Of a stretch of DNA of 12,781 nucleotides, positions 7,983 to 12,781 are shown one piece after another. Position numbers and translations under genes: made by a program. Location: the NCBI GenBank assembly GCA_005191425.1, contig SUPR01000095.1, positions 1 through 12,781 of the forward strand, written 5' to 3'. Position 1 is the first letter of the stretch. Every line of letters starts with the position of its first letter. Origin of the DNA: Candidatus Helarchaeota ASGARD archaeon Hel_GB_B. GTDB taxonomy: Archaea; Asgardarchaeota; Lokiarchaeia; Helarchaeales; HEL-GB-B. The notes below the pieces were generated by a model. It was given only the letters and a program-made list of their open reading frames with translations. It made no database searches and was not told the DNA's origin.

Positions 7983-9165
7983 GTTTAATTAATGACTGAC
8001 GCTTGTAAACTATTAATAAAAAAATCGAAATAAAAGTTGTACCAACAATACTCACCAGAATTATTATAATACCCGGAATAGATTGGAAAATACCTAATAC
8101 TTCTAATTTATATAGATTTCCATAATATTTACCATCTTTATAAGTTGTTGAAAATTGAAATTCATAAGTTCCTTGAGGTAAATTCAATTTGATATTTTCA
8201 ATTGAACTAACATTTTGTAATATAATTGATTGAAATGGGATGTTATTTAAATAAATTGTAAAATGGACAGTAAGAGTTTCATTAAACCCTAATGGTCTGA
8301 AATTTATCACAGCAAATTGGGTTCCAAAATGTATCGGAACATAATAGACTTCTATATATGGTCCAAGAAAAAATTCCCCTGGTATTCCATCATAAAGTTG
8401 GGCATGCTGTGTATAACCAAAAAAGTCATGTGAATAGCTTGCACTTTTATTATATGTATAATTAAAAGCTTCTTCTAATGTAACTTTTTCATCGCCGTTT
8501 ACATCACCATTTAAATTATAATATGCGTCCAAGAAAAATGCAGTAAAGATACCGTGTTTTAAAAAGAATTGATCTTCAATACTACTTTCAGATCTGCCAC
8601 ATGCACTAATAATAATTCTATTAGGTTCTTCTAATGAATCAATTAGTCCACCACTATAACATGAATCGAATAGTGCAATCAATTTTGAACAGTTTATTTG
8701 GTCAAAAAAGCTTTTTAATTCATATTCATCAATATCGCCATTAATACTCCAATCATATGGGACAATTGAAGTATCTGAGCCGTTTTTATCACCATGTCCT
8801 GAAAAAAAGAAAAAGAAATAATCATTATTATTACATCTATTTGAAATCCAATTAATTTGAGCTTCAATATTATTTTTAGTTGCTTGAGAATTTATTAAAA
8901 TTTTAACATTCTCTTTTGGAAAATTTTGGTTTATTAACCATGATTTGATAGCCATAGCATCATTATCTGAGTAAAAAAGGTCATTCTGAAAACCTGGATA
9001 ATCTGAAATACCAATTATTAAAGCCCATCTGTTAATATTAGTGTTAATATTAAAATTTAATGAGTTATCTAGTTTTAATCCTGGTTCTATATTAAAATTA
9101 AAAAGCACAATGAAAAATATTATTAAAATTAAAGATGCCCTTTTATATTTACCCATTAAATGCAC
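7951..9165 (-). CDS. Caspase-family cysteine peptidase (C14, ortho/metacaspase type) with signal peptide/anchor and C-terminal TM helix
   Basis: RWALIIGISDY strand, DLFYSDNDA, FFFSGHG (His124), LFDSCYSGG (Cys169), RIIISAC and GIFT motifs, plus a D.NGD..VTLEEAF.Y tail. Hydrophobic N-terminus and C-terminal TM (~363-387) followed by KRQ. ATG at 9156 is an alternative start. Confidence 0.92.
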   Translation of the reverse strand: MHLMGKYKRASLILIIFFIVLFNFNIEPGLKLDNSLNFNINTNINRWALIIGISDYPGFQNDLFYSDNDAMAIKSWLINQNFPKENVKILINSQATKNNIEAQINWISNRCNNNDYFFFFFSGHGDKNGSDTSIVPYDWSINGDIDEYELKSFFDQINCSKLIALFDSCYSGGLIDSLEEPNRIIISACGRSESSIEDQFFLKHGIFTAFFLDAYYNLNGDVNGDEKVTLEEAFNYTYNKSASYSHDFFGYTQHAQLYDGIPGEFFLGPYIEVYYVPIHFGTQFAVINFRPLGFNETLTVHFTIYLNNIPFQSIILQNVSSIENIKLNLPQGTYEFQFSTTYKDGKYYGNLYKLEVLGIFQSIPGIIIILVSIVGTTFISIFLLIVYKRQSLIKLVFKHNSGGN

Positions 9166-9169
9166 ACGA

Positions 9170-9937
9170 TCATCTATTTTTTCTTATAATTTTTAATAAC
9201 TCGTCTAATTTAAATGTATAATCTGAAACTATTTTAAAATCTTTGATTTCATAAGCCAAATCTATAATTGATTTATATAATTCAATAACTGTATCAATAT
9301 TTTTAACTTGAAGTTCGGTGCTGGCTTTTCTAATTAAGCGTTGAATTAAAGCTTTATTCTCTTCTATATACTGGATACTGGCTTCTTCTATAGATTGAAG
9401 GTCTGCAGAGTATGCATTGGTAAGGACAGTTTCAATCTCGAAAACTAATTCATATATTTTTTTAGGGTTATTTACGTCCCAATTTGTGTATGATGGAACT
9501 TTTTGGAGAAAATCTTCCATAGAACTAAATTTTTCAGTAATATTGCTAGAAGTTGTAATAATTGGGCGATCAGGATAATTAGTATAATCAATTGTAAATA
9601 TAAAATGCGTATCTAAAGTAATTGAGAGATAAACTTTAGCTTTAGTAATTGTTTCTTCAAAGTCAGTTTGAAAATAATACATTAAATCTCGAGCCTGCTC
9701 TGCGAGTCCCGTATCTTTTTTTGTTGCTGCCGAAATGCCTACTTTCTCTTTGTATTGGGCGATTTTAGCTAAAATTTCTCTTAATTCATCTTGCAACTTT
9801 TCTTTCCTTTGTTTAAACTCCGGCAAACTAATTGTAGCTTGTTCTAGCTGCTTTTTAAGTGAGTTTACTTCTCCCACTAACTGTGTAACTCTTATTTTTA
9901 ATTGTTTTACTTTATTTGCTATATCTTCGTTGCTCAT
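9170..9937 (-). CDS. Coiled-coil + probable E2/UEV/RWD-like domain + C-terminal helical hairpin protein, with no cysteine
   Basis: Heptad pattern at aa 1-65. aa ~78-175 reads helix, strands, FIFTIDYTNYPDRPII (YPxxP of the UBC-like fold), then W...P..I.EL..EI..L. GGTGG Shine-Dalgarno-like motif upstream of the ATG. The ORF is secure; the fold call is inference. Confidence 0.65.
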   Translation of the reverse strand: MSNEDIANKVKQLKIRVTQLVGEVNSLKKQLEQATISLPEFKQRKEKLQDELREILAKIAQYKEKVGISAATKKDTGLAEQARDLMYYFQTDFEETITKAKVYLSITLDTHFIFTIDYTNYPDRPIITTSSNITEKFSSMEDFLQKVPSYTNWDVNNPKKIYELVFEIETVLTNAYSADLQSIEEASIQYIEENKALIQRLIRKASTELQVKNIDTVIELYKSIIDLAYEIKDFKIVSDYTFKLDELLKIIRKNR

Positions 9938-9984
9938 TAAACCACCAAATAATTAAAAAGTCATCATTTTTGTTCTATTTAACA

Positions 9985-10002
9985 CTTATTATTAACTTTT
10001 GG
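9985..10002 (-). promoter_or_regulatory. Candidate BRE/TATA promoter for the three-gene cluster
   Basis: Minus-strand CCAAAAG-TTAATAATAAG about 50-60 nt upstream of the ATG at 9937. Weak in this base composition. Confidence 0.25.
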
Positions 10003-10184
10003 TTTTTTTAATTATAAATAAATTTATTATTGAAGGTCGCTTTTGCAGATTTTGTTTAAATTCGGTTTATTTAGAAATATAAATAGATCGATGTATTATT
10101 AGAATTTTTAAGGATTAAAGATGATATGTATTAATGTATAAAAAGAATTACTAATAAAGATTAGTATAATGCAGGTAATGAGAT

Positions 10185-10490
10185 ATGTTGGTAAAAGAAG
10201 AAATTTTAAGAAGAATAAGAGAAAATAAGGAAAAGATAAAATCATTTTGGGTTAAAAAAATTGGTATTTTTGGATCCGTGGCAAGAAATGAGATAACTGA
10301 AAAAAGTGATATTGATGTAGTTGTAGAATTTGAGAAAGGTAAAGCCACATTTAAGAATGTTTGTGGACTTATCGATTTTCTTGAAAATCTTTTTGGCAGA
10401 GAGGTTGATATTTTAACACCTGATGGGATTGAAGCGATAAGATTGGAACATGTGAAAAAAGAAATAAAAAAATGTGTTGAGTATGCATAA
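10185..10490 (+). CDS. mntA: Minimal nucleotidyltransferase (MNT) antitoxin of the MntA-HepT type
   Basis: 101 aa. IGIFGSVARNEITEKSDIDVVVEF carries an exact GS-x10-DxD motif, followed by FLENLFGREVDILT. Confidence 0.92.
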   Translation: MLVKEEILRRIRENKEKIKSFWVKKIGIFGSVARNEITEKSDIDVVVEFEKGKATFKNVCGLIDFLENLFGREVDILTPDGIEAIRLEHVKKEIKKCVEYA

Positions 10491-10542
10491 ACGAGATAAT
10501 AAGGAATATATAATATATGTAAAAATATTTTTACATAATTGA
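10483..10542 (+). pseudogene. Truncated HEPN (DUF86/HepT-like) toxin remnant
   Basis: ATG overlaps the MNT stop (ATGCATAA). It reads MHKRDNKEYI, resembling the usual M-x-KRD-x-x-Y-L start of DUF86 toxins, then drifts and stops after 19 codons. No RxxxxH motif in any downstream frame. Confidence 0.6.
10516..10537. repeat. Perfect 22-bp palindrome
   Basis: TATGTAAAAAT|ATTTTTACATA, 11 contiguous complementary pairs with no spacer. Confidence 0.9.
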
Positions 10543-10600
10543 TGTATTATATTGATATATGTTTAAAAAGAATGAAATATTTAAAAAAATATAATAATAA

Positions 10601-10924
10601 ATGGTGGATAATTAACTGAAATGTAAATATATTATTCCGGATACAATCCATAAATTAATATTGAAAGAAAGAGGCGAAAACGGAAATATATGTATGCTGA
10701 ACGATCCTGAAAAAATTGATTTCGTAAGATTAAAGGTTTCCTATAATGGAAAATTCGGGATATGATCATTCTATTTGAAAATTAATTTTGATGGGATCCT
10801 GGAAATTCAATTTAAAGATATAGCGTATGGCAAAGTATTAATTAATGCTCTCGCAAATACTTTGATTAACGGCGATGAACCTGATGGGAATTTAAATAAA
10901 GAATTGGATGACCAATTCTCAATA
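10601..10924 (+). pseudogene. Degraded gene of unknown family with two in-frame stops
   Basis: One frame reads MVDN*LKCKYIIPDTIHKLILKERGENGNICMLNDPEKIDFVRLKVSYNGKFGI*SFYLKINFDGILEIQFKDIAYGKVLINALANTLINGDEPDGNLNKELDDQFS, with TAA at 10613-10615 and TGA at 10763-10765. The track ORF 10775..10984 is its distal part. Confidence 0.5.
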
Positions 10925-11356
10925 CCATATCGTATTCCAAATTTTAGTTCCATTTGGATAAAATTTTACGATAAGAAAATCTGAAAGTCCAGCCTCATAA
11001 TTTGTAGTTGATCTACAAACATAAATAAAGCCATCTATATCTATTGTTATGTCATTTCCCGTCTCATAATTTCCATTTCCATAAGAAATAGTCCTCCCAG
11101 TAGCATAAATATATTGATTATCACTTAAAGCTAATTTAATAATGTAATTACTGTAAATCCCACCCCAACTAATATTCCATAGAAAATAATTAGTATTCTT
11201 TTCTAAAATCTGAATATCTATAGAATTCTCTGCTCTCTTCTAGATTATATTGGGATATATTAAACGCGCTAAAAAGCCGAATACCATAAAAATTATTAAA
11301 AATATCGTTATCACTCTTTTATCTTTTTCTATGGTCATCTCTATCATTATTTCCAT
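10919..11356 (-). pseudogene. Pseudogene of a secreted beta-propeller repeat (SBBP-like) protein
   Basis: Manual translation from ATG 11356 (or 11338) gives a signal-like KRVITIFLIIFMVFGFL, a TAG at 11242-11240, then in the same frame WNISWGG...LSDNQYIYATGRTISYGNG-NYETGNDITIDIDGFIYVCRSTTNYEAGLSDFLIVKFYPNGTKIWNTIW, ending at TGA 10921-10919. Confidence 0.8.
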
Positions 11357-11450
11357 CAACCTACTTTTATTATTAACTCAAATTAACATTCATATTATAA
11401 TATTAAAAATAATTTTTATAGAAAATTTATTTTTTAATACCATCTTTTTC

Positions 11451-12491
11451 CTATTCAGTTTCAATTTTCTTTTTTGCCATTAATTCAAATCCCACCGCAT
11501 TAGAAAAAATATGGTCTTCAACGACAATTATTCTATCAAGGTCTTCTATCAAATTGTTAGTTAATATTAGCATTTCTATTTCATTCCAAAAAATCGGGAC
11601 TGCCTCCCCCGTAATAATATAATATTCTATTTCTGCATCTGGTGGTAAGAAATTCAAAATTTTTCTTATACTATCCACAATTTCTTGCGAAATTTGTCTG
11701 ATAAAATGTTCTTTCACATCACTAATATTATATCTTTTTCCTGCAATTACTATGTCGTCATTTTTCTCCTTCAAGTTTTTGATGATGGAAAGTGGTTTGA
11801 TTATTTGGTTTGTGTGTTGTTGTAATGATTGACAAATTTTATTAGCTAAAACAAACAATGAAGCATCTGTTAAATTTGCTGATGCATTTTTTATAATTCT
11901 CCCCTCAAAAATTGTCATTATTTCGGTTAAGAGATCTAACGAAATTACAAGTGCATTTATTGCTTTTAAATTATGATATTTATGGACGTGATAATAATAA
12001 GTCCCAAATGCTTCTGGCATCACCATTACTTTTTTAATAACCTTATGTATTGTTAAAATCTCTTTAGTAGTTTCATTTTTTATTTTTATGGAAATTTCAC
12101 CTTTTAATTTTCCACTTAATTCTTTCATTTTATCTATACTTGTTGATAGAGGGACACCAATCCCTAAGACTATCTCTTCTCCGTCCATTTTTGATATAAG
12201 CGGAATACCTGCTTTTATTAATTTAAATACATCATCAATTTTATCTAATCTTCCTTGGTCCATAATAAAATGTTTTATATCACTCTGTAATCTTGCTAAT
12301 TCTCCAATATAATATTCTTTTTTCTCATCTATTAATACTAAATTATTTATCCAACTTTTATCAGTAGCAAATCCTTCCCACCCTTCAAGCGGGGCACCAA
12401 TAATACTTGGAAATGCTACCTTTTGGTCATCACATGTAAACTTAAGGTATCCGCCTATATCTATTCCAATTGTAAGAGTTATTTTTACCAC
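11451..12491 (-). CDS. Actin-fold ATPase-like protein (ParM/StbA / Ta0583-like), divergent
   Basis: IGIDIG..K phosphate-1, AFPSIIG, YYIGELA, LGIGVP, VMPEAFGTY connect-1, IITG adenosine region and NAVGF connect-2, in the ParM-family order. Confidence 0.85.
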   Translation of the reverse strand: MVKITLTIGIDIGGYLKFTCDDQKVAFPSIIGAPLEGWEGFATDKSWINNLVLIDEKKEYYIGELARLQSDIKHFIMDQGRLDKIDDVFKLIKAGIPLISKMDGEEIVLGIGVPLSTSIDKMKELSGKLKGEISIKIKNETTKEILTIHKVIKKVMVMPEAFGTYYYHVHKYHNLKAINALVISLDLLTEIMTIFEGRIIKNASANLTDASLFVLANKICQSLQQHTNQIIKPLSIIKNLKEKNDDIVIAGKRYNISDVKEHFIRQISQEIVDSIRKILNFLPPDAEIEYYIITGEAVPIFWNEIEMLILTNNLIEDLDRIIVVEDHIFSNAVGFELMAKKKIETE

Positions 12492-12687
12492 CTCGGTAAA
12501 ATTATCTTATCACATCTGCAAAGAAATTAATCATTTAATTATGAATTTTTTGTTCGATGCATTTCAAATTATCTGTTTAACATTTTTTTTAATTCATTTT
12601 AAAATAGTTATTATCTATTCTCTTTAATATAATAATCTGAAAAATATTGGAATTATAAAACTAAAGTTTTGTTTATTATTCAAAATT

Positions 12688-12700
12688 AAAAGCGTTTATA
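12688..12700 (+). promoter_or_regulatory. Candidate BRE/TATA for a gene beyond the right edge
   Basis: AAAAGCG-TTTATA, pointing out of the window. The target gene is not visible. Confidence 0.2.
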
Positions 12701-12733
12701 CCACCCGTGATATTATTAGTTATTTTTAAAACA

Positions 12734-12780
12734 ATTGAAAATAATTCAATGATTTAATTATGTTTTTATTGAAAATAATT
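12734..12780. repeat. 13-bp direct repeat, 34-bp period
   Basis: ATTGAAAATAATT at 12734-12746 and 12768-12780. The first copy lies within the dyad ATTGAA-AATAA-TTCAAT. Confidence 0.55.
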
Positions 12781-12781
12781 A

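Noticed and set aside
9735-9956. 73-aa plus-strand ORF
   Set aside because: Antisense shadow of the coiled-coil region of the UEV-like gene.
10017-10028. 12-bp palindrome AATAAATTTATT
   Set aside because: A/T only and short; expected by chance.
10151-10348. 65-aa minus-strand ORF
   Set aside because: Antisense to the MNT gene.
10090-10550. GATGTATTAT direct repeat (10090-10099 and 10541-10550) flanking the MNT module, as a possible target-site duplication
   Set aside because: Only 10 bp and AT-rich, with no terminal inverted repeats or recombinase; plausible by chance.
10775-10984. 69-aa ORF as a stand-alone gene
   Set aside because: Better explained as the tail of a stop-interrupted gene that runs on into the antisense of the propeller pseudogene.
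10601-11356. Stop-codon recoding (pyrrolysine, selenocysteine or alternative code) to explain the in-frame stops
   Set aside because: All three stop types occur as interruptions, intact genes in the window end in TAA, TAG and TGA, and the remnants also show deletion and truncation. Ordinary decay is simpler.
11250-11483. 77-aa hydrophobic plus-strand ORF
   Set aside because: Low-complexity Ile/Phe content from AT-rich DNA; antisense to the propeller signal peptide and the end of the actin-like gene.
12088-12312. 74-aa plus-strand ORF
   Set aside because: Antisense to the actin-like gene.
4820-12620. Shared TTAATTCATTTT(T)AAAAT motif upstream of the GTPase (~4820) and the actin-like gene (~12590)
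   Set aside because: Almost all A/T and at very different distances from the start codons; cannot be separated from background.
1-12781. CRISPR array, tRNA, rRNA or IS element
   Set aside because: No regularly spaced repeats, no GC-rich structured RNA-like segment, and no transposase or integrase motifs were seen.

Overview
Very AT-rich prokaryotic DNA, probably from an Asgard archaeon (Lokiarchaeia/Helarchaeales-like). This is an inference from the gene set, not from a marker gene. The window holds a multi-Cys Fe-S protein, a helical hypothetical protein, an RmlD-like reductase, a small Arf/Rab-like GTPase fused to a probable longin domain, and a membrane acyltransferase-like protein. It also holds a tightly packed three-gene minus-strand cluster: a cysteine-less E2/UEV-like protein, a membrane-anchored caspase-family protease with an intact His/Cys dyad, and a two-TM protein with a large helical domain. 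Further right are an intact MNT antitoxin whose HEPN toxin partner breaks off at a perfect 22-bp palindrome, two further convergent pseudogenes not resolved by the ORF track, and a ParM/Ta0583-like actin-fold protein with degenerate nucleotide-binding motifs. The best candidate for an undescribed system is the UEV-like / surface caspase / two-TM cluster (6270-9937). No rRNA, tRNA, CRISPR array or intact transposase was seen. All family calls come from motif recognition by eye; no searches were run.
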